Positions 38,767-51,406 of a stretch of 64,000 nucleotides of DNA are shown here, piece by piece. Numbering within the stretch: position 1 is the first letter of the stretch; each line of letters opens with the position of its first letter. The notes beneath the pieces were generated by a model. That model did no database searches and was not told the origin of the DNA. It was given only the letters and a program-made list of their open reading frames with translations. Origin of the DNA: Utricularia gibba. Its lineage: Eukaryota > Plantae > Magnoliophyta. The stretch is taken from NCBI GenBank assembly GCA_002189035.1, contig NEEC01000008.1:992001-1056000 (forward strand), in the 5' to 3' direction. The translations under genes were made by a program, and so were the position numbers.

Positions 38767-39103
38767 CATTCCAAGGGCTGCAGGATCAGGAGCTCTCCCT
38801 ACAAAGAAAAGTGCATACTACAGCTTGAACTCATCATGTTTATTGTTTATTCGTTGTAACTTGCAGATTCAATTTGAAATAAACTCGTTGCTTTTACGTT
38901 GTGTATCCCACTCCCAACCCACAGATTTACACGGTTACAGTTTGGTTCGGGGTTTCGGGTTAAGGGTCACACAAGAAACTAGTTTCTCATGCATTTCAAA
39001 GCACTGCCCTTCACAACTACATTACATGGACGTACAATGAAAGCCAATTGCCACGAGACAGAGACAAGCAGCAGCAAATAGAGGATTGGGGAAAGGGCTA
39101 AAC

Positions 39104-40316
39104 TTACATGTCCCTGAGCTTGGATGAACATGTCTCCCCCACTGATACAGAAGCCAGGGAGGAGGCCCAGCCACGGGCGTTTCTTGCACCTTTGTGGAAG
39201 CTCTGATTCTTCAGTAATCTCAGCCTTCTCCAGATTCTTTTAACATCTATGAGGTGCAGTAGGTGCTCCACTATCCGCCTTGGCTCGCCGAAGATCCCGA
39301 GATTTAGGTGAGGAATGTAAGTGGCCCATAGTGCCAGTAAACAAGATGCACTCTCTGGGAAGAAGTAGTTATGGATCTTCAAAGTGATGAACATCATAGA
39401 AAGTAATAAACAAGGGTCCCTCAAGAACGTGTCTTTCGAGCAAGTTGCTCTCTGTAGCCGATGCATGTCTTGTTCAGTCTCGGATTCAACTGATGCTTCA
39501 TCCACTACGGGATCAAGCCCTGGAAGACAAGAGGGCATTCAGGAAAACGCACGTATAGATATACAAAAAACAGGAAATGAATCTTCAAGAGCATGTGTCA
39601 CCTGTAATTCTTTTATAAAAGCTCACAAGGGAATGCACATCTTTTACCCCAATGTATCGACTTTTTTTCGTCTGGTTCATAATCAACAGCGACGGCACAC
39701 TGTGTACCCCATTGATGGAGAAAACGCTGCAGAGAATCCACACACACGAATTTTACTTATGTCTAAGAAATGATTCTCACAAAAACAAATGACCCAAAAA
39801 CGCTTCACTAATATTTTCCATGGTACAACTACTTATATCATTTGGAGAACGAAAAAAGTCACCTTGGTGTTGCGGAAGATTGCTCTACCATCAAGTGCTT
39901 GATCTGGGGATACAAGAAACTAAGATTCCAAAACTTCGAAACCAAGATGTTGGAAAACGGACACCAATCAGCATAAAACAGAACGGCGATAAACTCATTC
40001 TTTCCGATGGAGCGAATAGCCTTCTCTAAAGAATCTCCATCCACCTACAGCCCCCACTAATACGTCAATACGGAAAGAAAGCAAGCAGACCTCAACCTCC
40101 AGCAATAAAACAATAAAGGGAAAAGAGCACCTGAACTGGCAAATGAGCGGGAGGATATGAAAGTGGGCACTGGGAACTGAGATCAAGGAGAAAGCTTCTG
40201 AATTCACAGCTGCAAATCGAGGCCGACGTAACCAACGGGACCGCCGATATTGTCGATTCTGTTAAAACGCATACCACCAACAAGAAATACAAATATATTC
40301 CTAGGAAAGCCTTCAT
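39104..40316 (-). CDS. APRL: 5'-adenylylsulfate reductase-like thioredoxin-fold membrane protein (APRL5/7-like; 4 exons)
   Basis: Signal-peptide-like N-terminus, AVLFYADWCPFS (CxxS), IKHLMVEQSSATPSVFS, C-terminal FHKGARNARGWASSLASVSVGE. Confidence 0.92.
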
Positions 40317-40979
40317 TTATAACAATCGCATAAAAAATATCCTCAAATTCGCCGCGAAATCCCGGTTCTTCAACAAGATACACCTAAACATCAAGAATTG
40401 AGAAAATGAATCATCAGGAAGAAGAATAAAAATGAGAGCCTTTGAATTTCAGGAGATTCACAGACCTGCGTCGTCGTCGTCGTCGTCTTCCCTCGTCGCT
40501 CTACCGCTCCCCAGATTCGTGAAATCGGAAACTAATCTCTTCATAAAAAAAAAAAAAAAAAAATCTTGTGCGTTTATAATATTTTAACATATATTTTATT
40601 TATTTTGCTTTTTCTGATGTGACAGGTAATAGTAAATAATATTTTAATTATGAATTTGATAATATTTATTATTTATCATATTAAATATCTTCAAAATTTT
40701 ATTATTTAAATATGAATTATATTGATATATAAACTATTTTAAGTGAATATATTGTCAGAAAAATATTATTATACTTTCTGCTTCAAAAAAATTATTTTTT
40801 ATTCGCAGAGCATTTTTGTTAATATGAATACTTTAATAATTTTTTATATACAATAAATTACAAATTTTTTATTAATATATAACAACTAATTCTTACAAAG
40901 CATATTTTGGAAAAACGTTCTTAATAAAATAGAAATTGAAATTATATTAAAAGTAAAAAAACACTTCTGAATCTTTTTT

Positions 40980-41560
40980 GTAAGAAAAGTTTTTCATATT
41001 TAATGAAAAATAATTATTAAATACTTTTATAAATAAAACTCTATTCTTTAAATCAAATATTTTAATTTTATTAAATATATATATATATATAACCTAATTA
41101 TTTTTGTATGATATTATTATTTTTAAACAATTAATCCTTATTATTTTATGTTTTTTTAAAAAGATTTTCACATAATTAGAGAAAATAATTTTGTATAAAT
41201 TATCATTCTACTCCGTTAATAAGGTTAGTATTCATCTAATGTATTTCCACAAATTATTTTCAAATAATACTATAATCTTTAAATCAAATATTTTAGTTTT
41301 ATTAAATATTTATATATATATACAACACATACTTATTTTTGTTAGATATTGTATGTTTCATGAAATCAACATTTACGATTTTATATTCTTTTACTTTAAG
41401 TAAAAATTTTTATATAAGATTAAAGAAAATCATTTTATATAAATTATTCTTTTATCTCATTTGTAATCAATGTAGAATTTGAGTAAGATGTTTTCACAAA
41501 TTAATTTCAAATACCTCTAATTTTCGAATAAATTATAATATCCTATCAAATAAATCCCGA
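40980..41560. repeat. Degenerate AT-rich tandem repeat with a unit of about 230-240 bp, possibly inside an old MITE
   Basis: TCTTTAAATCAAATATTTTA recurs at about 41046 and 41277; similar AAAA.TTTT.A.A...GAAAAT.ATTTT blocks at about 41159 and 41402; Tourist-like CCTATCAAATAAATCC near 41542. Confidence 0.5.
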
Positions 41561-41713
41561 CAATTCAAAAAAAAAAAAAAAAGAAAGACAAGTGGAAAAG
41601 CGATGCTATCAGGATACAACCCATAGACGATTTCATAAGGCTTTGGGGACTTGTTCACTACCTCACTGCAAACAGCATATCATTGGCTGCTCCCAGAGTA
41701 CACAGAAACACCA

Positions 41714-42298
41714 TTAGTCGGTTGCATTTGTCCAAAATGGAGGAGGATCAACGCCTACACATTCACTGAATATAACCGAATCTGCAGCAACTTCCAGCCC
41801 AATATGAGTCACATGCTTTACATCAGTCGGGTATCCGATATCCATACTGCACCCTTCTTCTTCTGATTCCTCTTCTCTGTATACTGAAACAAATGCCACG
41901 GATCTCACCCTGCTTCCCACTGAATGCCAAAATGCAGCTGAAAAGAAAAAAGGTAGTAATTTGCAGTGCGTACCAAGTAGGTGGGAGACATTTGTGATGC
42001 TTTTAACCAGCAGCTTCTGGAGCCTCCTAACCACCATTATGCTTGATGGGTTCTTCCATGGTTTTGCAGTGGTGTCCCCCACCTCACGCTTGCAGTCCCC
42101 TTTTGGTGCTGTTGACAAAATTTGATGACAAATAGATAATTGCACACAGGATCTTTTTGTAATCTGTGATACAAGAAGAGGATACATACTTGTGGTGGAT
42201 CTTCTGAGTTGGTGGTGATTGGTTGCTGCTGCAATGCTTGGCTCGCAGATGCAGCCCATTGTGAATGGAAGGAATGCAGCCCGCTCCATTTTCCTCAT
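41714..42298 (-). CDS. RIC4: CRIB-domain ROP effector, RIC4/RIC2-like (3 exons)
   Basis: MRKMERAAFLPFTMGCICEPS N-terminus; CRIB motif MDIGYPTDVKHVTHIG; GT-AG junctions in frame. Confidence 0.85.
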   Translation of the reverse strand: MRKMERAAFLPFTMGCICEPSIAAATNHHQLRRSTTSMYPLLVSQITKRSCVQLSICHQILSTAPKGDCKREVGDTTAKPWKNPSSIMVVRRLQKLLVKSITNVSHLLGTHCKLLPFFFSAAFWHSVGSRVRSVAFVSVYREEESEEEGCSMDIGYPTDVKHVTHIGLEVAADSVIFSECVGVDPPPFWTNATD

Positions 42299-43247
42299 CT
42301 TTGGAGTATAGGGGTGGCTGCTGAGTGCTGATGCATAAATATAGTGTAACAAGCAGTACAAAAATTGGTATGTGTTCATGAATGAATGTTCACTTTGCTG
42401 CAAGAGCTTCTCTCTCTGGTAGTTGTAATGCTAAGGTGGGGCTCCCTTTGAGAAGCAGACAACCAACCTGTGAAACCTTACATCTACCAACTTACAAGTG
42501 AGTCTCTACTGCATTCCTGCCGCGGAAAATGTCTCCCCACAAGATTTGTGACACCCGTCTTTGCCTAGGGGGCTTCACAATCACATCATTGTGAGACAAA
42601 AATGAGGTTACAAACTCGTTTCCTGAGGATTTTTATTGCATTTTTCACATCATAATTGGGAGAATGCTTCCTTCATGCTATGTACTGATGGCATTCCACG
42701 TGCTTCACCAAACTGTTTGGGCTGTGCAAGCAACGTTACCACTAAAGCACAGAAAGAAAGTAGCCGCTGCATAAATAATTTCAGAGCATGCAACATGTAG
42801 TTTCCTAATTGTTTTAAAAAAGCAAACAAACGAACTTAAATGATGGACACTCATGTGACCAATTTCAAGGGCCGCTGGTTGGAATGCTACGGAGCATGTT
42901 GGTATATGGCAACCTTTCAAATCTTCAACCGAAAGGGCAATCCAAGATAAGATCGATAACAGCAGTGTTCGATACCACGTAGAGTAGCCTAAATTAAACT
43001 GACAAATCACATGGCATATTCCACAGTGTGCAAACTTGAAAATAGTATCAAAGTGGAGAACATCGTTCTTTCTCCAAGTTTTCTACATTCAGTAGTTAAA
43101 TACTGTGAAATAATAGAATTTGTGATGCTCACGTGAGTGAAACAAAATGAAAGATGCAAGATGCCAAGCATAAGCTAAACGCTGAACGATAATATGCTCT
43201 CCTTTTCTCTGGTAGTTATTGCTACAATTGAGTCTAGTGAACTCAAC

Positions 43248-45259
43248 TTACAGTGGAGGGTAGAAGTAGGAGGACAGCGAAAAGCCCAGGAAAAGCAAAC
43301 CTCCAACTGTGGCAACCGTTCTCTGTGAAATCTTGGATGCCAGCATGCTTCCACCAACCACAGCAATTGATGTGCAGATGGAGTGTCCAATGGCTGCCCC
43401 AACCGCAACCCCGATTGCATTCTTGTGTGTCGCCAGCTACATGACACCGAGTCGATCAACCAAATACAACTGATTCTTGGTCTCCAAACAGCTTGAAGAG
43501 TGCAAGCATGAATGGAAACTGGAAAACACCGATAAAGATGACTGCAGTCTTACAGCAATTGTTGCTATCTGGCTTCGATCCCCCCATTCAGCTAAGAACG
43601 TCAGGATAAACGACTGTACAAATGCAAGAAAGTAATAAAGACAATAAAGCTCTATGCAGAACTCCGAGGATGAAATGGTTTTTGGATATTGCAGGGAAGA
43701 ATTAACTTGAACAAAAATAATCAAGCCTCTATGACAGTTACAAGGACATACCTCTAAGAAGATTGGCGTACAGAATCTCGAAAAGATGCGCCTGACTGCT
43801 GATTTTCCTTGCCCAGATTCAAGTTTTTCTTCCACCTGTAACATTACAGGAGCTGAAAATGATTTGGAAAAGGTGGGCAGCAACTCGACCATTTCAGCAT
43901 GGACATTGGCTATGCATTTGGACTATATCAAGAGTTTCTTCCACCTGTCTGTTAACGACGACTGACCCTTACGTCAATTAGATTAAAAAGAATCACTTCT
44001 TAAACAGTGGCCCGAGTTACCACTCATGATCATGAAATTATGCATAGTTTTACAATGTTATTGCTTTTATAAAACACGAAAATGTAAACATGAGATCACT
44101 ACGCAGATGAAAAACATACTTCCTCTATCTCTTTCTTCTGAGAAGATTTAGGGTCTGATCTCCATGCAATGTAAAGTAGTCGGAGGCCAAAAAATGCATA
44201 AAGAACTGCATAAGAATCACTAATTTCAATAAAATAAGGGAAAGTATGAGAACTTGGATTCCTAAGCAAACAAATGTTGCAAACTGAGTATAGGCAACCA
44301 TTGGCAATATGCAAATCAAGGAACTTTTCGCTGATAAAGATTAAGTGAAGAAAAAACCTGTAGCTGCACTATTCGTATGCTTCCTTGATATCAAATTCGG
44401 AACAATCCTACCAAGACCAGTTGAAAGTATCTGGGTGCAATTTTTTTCAAGCAGAAGCCAAGTCACAAATGATTTCCACACAAAAATTCACCGGCAGGAG
44501 ATAACAGAGTAATAACAGCTACACAGGAGCAGAATTTTCTCTTTTTTTATAACACACTGAACGTATGCAGGCCCTCATTCAAGTGACCTGTTGGAAAATT
44601 CAACTTACCGTCATTACAAACAAAGCACTCAGCGCACCAGATAAAACAATTGACTTGGGATGACGCATAGCCATAAGAGCAGCAATGATAAAAGTTTCAT
44701 CTCCAATCTAGCACATTAACCACCATAAAAGGTAACAGCTTCAGATAAATGAAGTTATGAACATTATGCCACCAACTTTACCTCTCGCAAAAGAAGGTAA
44801 TGGAAAGGCATAAATTCACTCGAAATCATTGCGTACCTCACTAACAATAATCATGGACAGACTTGCAAAAAAGGCATCAAAGATCCCAAGGCCCGAGTCC
44901 AAATGAACGCCAAGAGTAAGAGAAGCAGCATCTTTTTCATCCTTTACAACGCTACCCTTAATTTTTCCAACAAGTATCTGCACCCAGCTAAAAACTCTGC
45001 TCAAGCGTTGCACAACCAAAATATGAGAATAAAAGCCAAAAAGTCACTAACTTTACTACGCCGACTCAGACTCCCCATCGATCCACGTGATTCCTGCCCA
45101 TCAGATTCCCAATCCAGCTCAAAATAGTACAAAAACCAATAAGAACAAAAAAAAGGTTACCTGGGCGGAAATTCGGTGGAATGTGGAAATCATCAGCAGC
45201 ACGAAGACAAAGATACAGACATTGTTCCTGGAAAACGGGTTCGACGAGCAAACCGCCAT
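43248..45259 (-). CDS. BICAT3: GDT1/UPF0016 Golgi Ca2+/Mn2+ transporter (BICAT3/PML3-like)
   Basis: Signal-peptide exon MAVCSSN...RISAQ; SE|IGDETFIIAALMAMRHP, YAFFGLRLLYIAW, LAEWGDRSQIATIA, C-terminal FYPPL*. Confidence 0.93.
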
Positions 45260-46406
45260 GGGAGGCTCTCCCGATGTTGAGCAAATTAACTAGATCGGCG
45301 AATCGCCGCTGATTCCTCCAATCCTTTCCACAACTCGGAGATCTGCAACCACACCAAGCGGGAGCTTCCCAATCCCAACCACCGTCGATCTACCCTCTAC
45401 AGACACTGTGCCGCGTCATTCATCCACCCTCCCATCTTCTTTTTTTTTTTTTTTTTTTCGTTTTTCGTTTTTATTTTCTTTTAAAATTTCCATAATTTCA
45501 CGAAAACAAAATATATTCCGATTAGACCGGGTTCCATCATTCAGCCGGTTCTTTTGACTGAACCGGCATTTTTTGGTTCTCTTCCAAGAATATTAACGTT
45601 TTGAGCAGAGGTATCAAACAGCGAACACTCCCTCCCCCGGAGGTGATGGCCATCTCGAATGCCAACAGATGCAACATAGGACGCCCTTATGGTCGGAAAC
45701 ATCTCGCATATGGAAGTCGACGGCGAGCCGATGACGAAACGGAGATGAGGTTTTACATCTCCACATACATTTCTGTTTCAGAGATCAAAGGAATGCAAAA
45801 GCAGATGAGAATCATACCAGATTTTGAATCCTTGTCATGATCCTCGTGCTTGCTATCGGATGGATCACCCGGGCAGCAAAACTAACAAGAGATGAATCAT
45901 TTCAACTTAGAAGGTACGCCTGAGATGTATAAAAGCTTAACCTGTGGGCCTCACTTTCCTGTGGATTCCTAGCAGCAGTGCTACTGCAGAAAATGGTATT
46001 GGGTATGATAGTGTGTGTCATAGAACCGTGATGACAGTAACAGGAATGTGCAAAACAAAGCCAGGCTGCAGCACAACCAGGATCCATAACAAGAATCATG
46101 GATACCTTCAAGGTGAGTGAATATCTTCCCTAGAGATAATGTCATGAGGATCATGGCATAGAATATGAAACAAAAGGGTGAATTGGCCTTTATTGGTCCT
46201 CCAGAAAAATTCTGAGGCTTATACAATTCAACAGGTTTAGGCAAATCAATCATTCTGCTGAACTGCATGCATGTCCAGGAGAATGGATTGCCACTGAAGT
46301 TAATCATATATACAAATGCAGCCAGTGAATTCACATGATGCAGCTACTTATTTCTCTTCCAAAAATATATAAAATACAACTTAATAGCTTTTTGGAGCAT
46401 ATTGTA

Positions 46407-49400
46407 TCATGCTGAGTGAATGTTACTATCACCGGAGGGTTTTTGTCTTGCCTCAGACAACGAGAGGCGCCGGTTACTTGTGGAGCCGGCCTCTACAAGT
46501 GTGTCTGGGGAGAAACTTACTGCAACTGTTCCTAGGGATGATGCCAAAAAGTTACGGGCAGTCGAAGAGTCAGTTGATGAAGTAGTAGGATCGTATGCAA
46601 CGATCCTCATGGGGTGGTCAAATTTGCAACTTGGACCGAACTTGCAGATTCCATAACGGGAGTAGAAAACACATAGCGGCTGCCCCTAAAACAAGTTGTA
46701 AACAAAGTATGCATGTTGAACAGAAGACCTGAATAAGCTAATCCTCAGATGTTGAACTTATATGAAATGCGAAAGCATGGCAGGATGATCAACAATTCAT
46801 TAACTCAATAACCCAAAATGCCAACTCTTAAAGACCTGATGATGTATCACCCTTCCCACCAAACCATTAAGATTTAATCAAAAAATGAGTATGGGAAGAA
46901 TTTCAAGAGATTTACCGGCCGTAGCGGAAGTCCAATTGGACTTAGCAAACAATCAGGAGCAGGGATGGTTCTGTCTCTAGGATGATGAAACTTACATACC
47001 GCACCAAATTTACAGTCTCCAGTCTTCATGTAGAACTGGCACTCTGGCTGACCGGGCCTCTCAGGAAATACATTTTCTCCTTGATATCCGTAATATCCCA
47101 CAGGTACAGAACCAGCATGTATATGGGGACCAGGAATCCTTCCTTCATCTTGGTTTGAAGCACCCTCATTTTGGATGTTCCCTGATGTGGGGTGCTGGTG
47201 ATCTGAGGATAGAACTGAACCAAGCTGACCCTGGAAAGACCCATGGCCTAAGGAAATCTCAACTTTATATACCATATTTGTACAAGTAACTTAAATGCCA
47301 AAAAAAAAAAAAACGCAACACTTTCAGACTAACCAGATGAAATTTTCTTACAAGGAATATCTTGTAGCAGGCTAATGACCACAAATTGAAACCTCATTTA
47401 CTATTAATTAATCTGGCAAAACCAAAAACTTTGATCAAGTTGCCCAAAATAAAATCTAGATAAACATAAGAAAAACCAAGAATATATTCACATAAATGTG
47501 CATAATGACTGCCGTTCTGTTCACGAAATATCTTTTTCTATCCTAAAGCTCAAAACCGTATAAAGGCGACAAGATGTCAAAACACTGATAATCCATTTTC
47601 CAGTTCTTCAAATAAGTACACTATTCCAGATGAAAAACATGCTATTGAGAAAGAAAAGTGAGGAAGTAAAGCAAGGAAAGAAATGGAAAAAAATGACAAG
47701 AATTATTACACTGTATGTATTCCAGGTTGGGACTGAGAGTACTCCGGGAAGCATAACAAGTGGGCCATTTGAAGGGCTTTGCCACCTAGGACTAGGAAGA
47801 TAGGAAGCTCTTGACAACGAATATGGAACTTGGCCAGTTGGAGAATGCATGGTAGGATATACAGTAGAACCTCGTACAGGAACCATCATGTTAGATGGTT
47901 GAGGATGGTTGAATTTACAAGTGCTTCCAAATTTACAGGTACCGTGTCTCATGTAATATGCACATTCTTTCTCATTCTGCACAAAATGCAAGGAAAATAA
48001 ACATCAGTTCCCAAAAACTTACAAAAATGTGAAAGATTCATGCCTGTGCTTATGGACAATGCAAAGTTGTCACATGAAAAAAGCATTCAAGACGAAGTAT
48101 AATGTAGCTGCTTGCAATAAGGCAGAAATGAGCCAACCGGGCGAAGTGGGAATCCGAAGACATTCAAAGCAACCCTCTCAGTAATCCAAGCTTTATCCCG
48201 AGGATGATGAAACTTGCATGTGGCACCAAATTTGCAAGTCCCAGTTTTTATGTAATACTACAAAGTAAATCAATATATGGAATGTGATTAGTGACCAAGG
48301 CGAAAAGAAAGTGAGCCAAGGAACACAGATCTTCGTTTACAATAAAATCAAGAATTGAAAACTACACATAAGCGATCTGAATCCAAAACTAATTATAATG
48401 TATCATCGAAACATTGGAAAAAAGGAGGACCATAGAGCAGATGTCCTGAACATCTAGAAATTGAGGAGAAAAGCTTAATCTGGTGAGAGTTTCAAGAATA
48501 CAGATGAGAAAATGCTTTACTGCACCTGACATTCAGGTTGCCCAATCCTTTCTGGAAAGTCACCATTCATTTGTGCCATTGCAATAGCCTACACTCATTT
48601 ATAGGAAATTATGGTATAACAATGCATAAAATTATTGGAAAGTGTTAAAAAAACCATATCATGGATGCATAGAAGTAAGTACCCATGAATGGCATACAGA
48701 CATGCCGTATTTTCAATTCACTTTTTTTTAGCATACTCAAGAAATTAAATGCTCCATGCAATCTTATTGCAGACCAAGAAATCATCCATAGCACTTCAGA
48801 TGAAAGCTAGTTACGTTAGCCATAAGCAACATCACAAGGACATTTGGATGATGACAAGACGTTCAATAACCATTAAACGCAAATGCATACCAATTTCCTG
48901 TCTGGGGGTGGTTAAATCGGCATGTGGCCCCATACCTGCACATGCCTGTTTGGATGTAGTATGAACAATCTGGTTCACCTTCACGGATTGGATAGTGTCC
49001 GAAGCTGGTCTGTGCTGTTGACCTTGAATCCACTTCCCAAGGTGCATCTGAGGATATAGTTTTAGTGCTTTTAATCAAAATTTGGGAACCCATAAAAAGA
49101 TTGTTAAGTAGACTCAGTCAACTTAATTTAAGCACTGAAAACATGAAAAGCGAAAATTTAAGACAAAACTTTCAACGCGCACTTTGATAAGGGATGAATG
49201 TTCATACAGAAATCCCAGATCAGGAAAACAAATTTCAAACAAATGATTCACAAATCAGGAACAGAGTGATCGAACACACTAAAATGTAAATGTTACACAC
49301 CAAGTGCACTGATCTCAAACACAATCAACAAATTTTATGCTCTGACACCTCCAACCTCCTATGCCAACCCGAAACACTCAATTAATGTTCCCAAAAGAGC

Positions 49401-49730
49401 GCCATCCTCACCCACTCTAAAACAAAAAAAAAAAAAAATTAAGTTGCCCTGTTCTCATTTTCGTGCGATGTTACTAGTTTTACTGTTCAACCGCCTTAAA
49501 CCTCAAATACAATCTACTCAACAGTGTCCTAAGGTTATTTTTCTTTACCAACAACACCAAACCTAGAAATGAAGAAAACAGAAATAGGCATATCGCCCCA
49601 AGTCATATCAGACACAATCACACACACACAATAAAGAATACAAGGAAAAAATTGAACCTTGGCGCTGTGGGTATAATTGGATGGAGGGGGATACGGCAGA
49701 GGAATGGGCGGTTGCCAACACTCGCGACAT
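46407..49730 (-). CDS. ZFN1: Five-finger CCCH zinc-finger protein (ZFN1/ZFN3-like) with a 1-nt frameshift after finger 1 as written
   Basis: [88 protein letters not shown]; exon 2 is 1 nt short at 48904-48908. Start codon tentative. Confidence 0.9.
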
Positions 49731-50741
49731 GAGAGTTCAAAACCCACATGAGACGTTGCTATCCAATCCCAGTAAACAAAAGTTTTCAGAGCTCCATGAG
49801 CCGTTAGGCCCGAGGACAGCGACGGCGATTGGAGCTGAAGAATGGAAGAAAAATTCCTCCGTGAAGATGACAAAGAAGGGAAGCAGAAGAATAAAGTGTG
49901 CGCGAGAAAGAGAGAGAGAGACAGGCAGAAGAAAGAAAGGGTGGTGGTGGTGGTGGGGAGAAATAATGGCGATTTCTGATTTTCTTCCCTCCACAGAAAG
50001 AGAACAGACGTGATAGAAAGCAATTAAATATTAAACAATAATAAATACATAAATAAATGAACTCATTTTTTTATTTCAATAAATAAACCCCAAAATAATT
50101 GAATTTTATTATATAAAATAATAATAATAATAATAATATATTTAACTAATAATTGAAATTTCAATTATTTTATTAGAAACATTTTCCGAAAATGATTTTG
50201 ATACAATTTAACTTTTCCATTTTTAATTTAAACAGAAATTATTGCGTCCATTTAAAAATACAAACGCAACACAAAAACTTACCGCCGTCAAACATGACTG
50301 TAAAAATGGCGGCTAGTACGGAGGTCAGAAACCAGGAACGGAAACGGCCAAGTCCCCGGTGGGAAAATCCTGTTTCTCTGAATTTGAATGAATCTACGAG
50401 CTTTTTCTCAGGTGATTCCAGGGATGAGGTCGTCGGTCGAAACGATGGTTTTTTTTTTCTTCGCCGGCGGTTTGCTTCTCCGATGGGCGAAGACCCACCT
50501 CACTTAATAGAAATGTGGGTACTGAGAAGTGAGAAACCGCCATTGTCGACTGTAGGATGGGATTGTTGTTGCCGTTGTCGTAAACAATGGTGCTTCCTTC
50601 CTTCCTTCCCTTTTAATAGAAAACGTAGCCTGCGGTGGAAATTGGGGGAAGGCGAGAACGCCTCTCCTTAAACGCGACGCTCGTGTTCGCCGACCATACG
50701 TACAGGGGAAAGAAGGGAGATCCCGGAGGTGCTTTGTTCCA

Positions 50742-51406
50742 ATGGACGTTTTGGGAGTTCTGCGAATTCGGGTCCGGCGAGGGATCGGCTTGGCCGTGAG
50801 GGACACCATGAGCAGCGACCCTTACTGTGTCATCAAATGCGGCTTCCAGGTGCAATTCTGCACATCCTTCTTCTTCCACCATGCCCCTTTGGCTGAATCT
50901 GAATCCGAATCTGAATCCTTTTTTCTCTGCGCAGAAGGTGAAGACGAAGGTGGTTAGAGGCAACATCAACCCTGTCTGGAATGAGGTTCTCACCATCTAC
51001 GTCAAGAATGTGCATGACCCCATCCTTCTGGCAAGTGCTCCCTTCCCTTCTTCATGATCATGCCTCAAGGCATAACCAGCAGGGTCTGTGATGCGTGGTG
51101 CTGCAGTATGTATACGACAAGGACACCTTCACGGAGGATGATGGAATGGGAGAAGCAAGGATCAACATGAAGCCGCTGCTGGAGTGCGTGAGGATGGGGC
51201 TCAAGGGGCTGCCCAATGGAACCACAGTAGACAGGGTTCAGCCCACCAACGAGAACTGTCTCGCGGAGGAAAGCGCTATTGTGTGGAACCACGGAGGGAC
51301 GATGACGCAAGACATGCTGCTGAAGCTGAGGAACGTGGAGTGTGGCCGAGTGGAGATCCAGCTCGAGTGGGTTGAGATTCCTGGCTGCAGAGGTCTCCAG
51401 GGTTGA
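50742..51406 (+). CDS. CAR: C2-domain ABA-related (CAR-like) protein (3 exons; second intron GC-AG)
   Basis: LGVLRIRVRRGIGLAVRDTMSSDPY, NPVWNEVLT, VYDKDTFTEDDGMGEA, LRNVECGRVEIQLEW. Confidence 0.94.

Noticed and set aside
45547-45570. 8-bp stem hairpin GCCGGTTC/GAACCGGC upstream of BICAT3
   Set aside because: Too short to call an RNA gene or element, and intrinsic terminators do not apply to plant Pol II genes.
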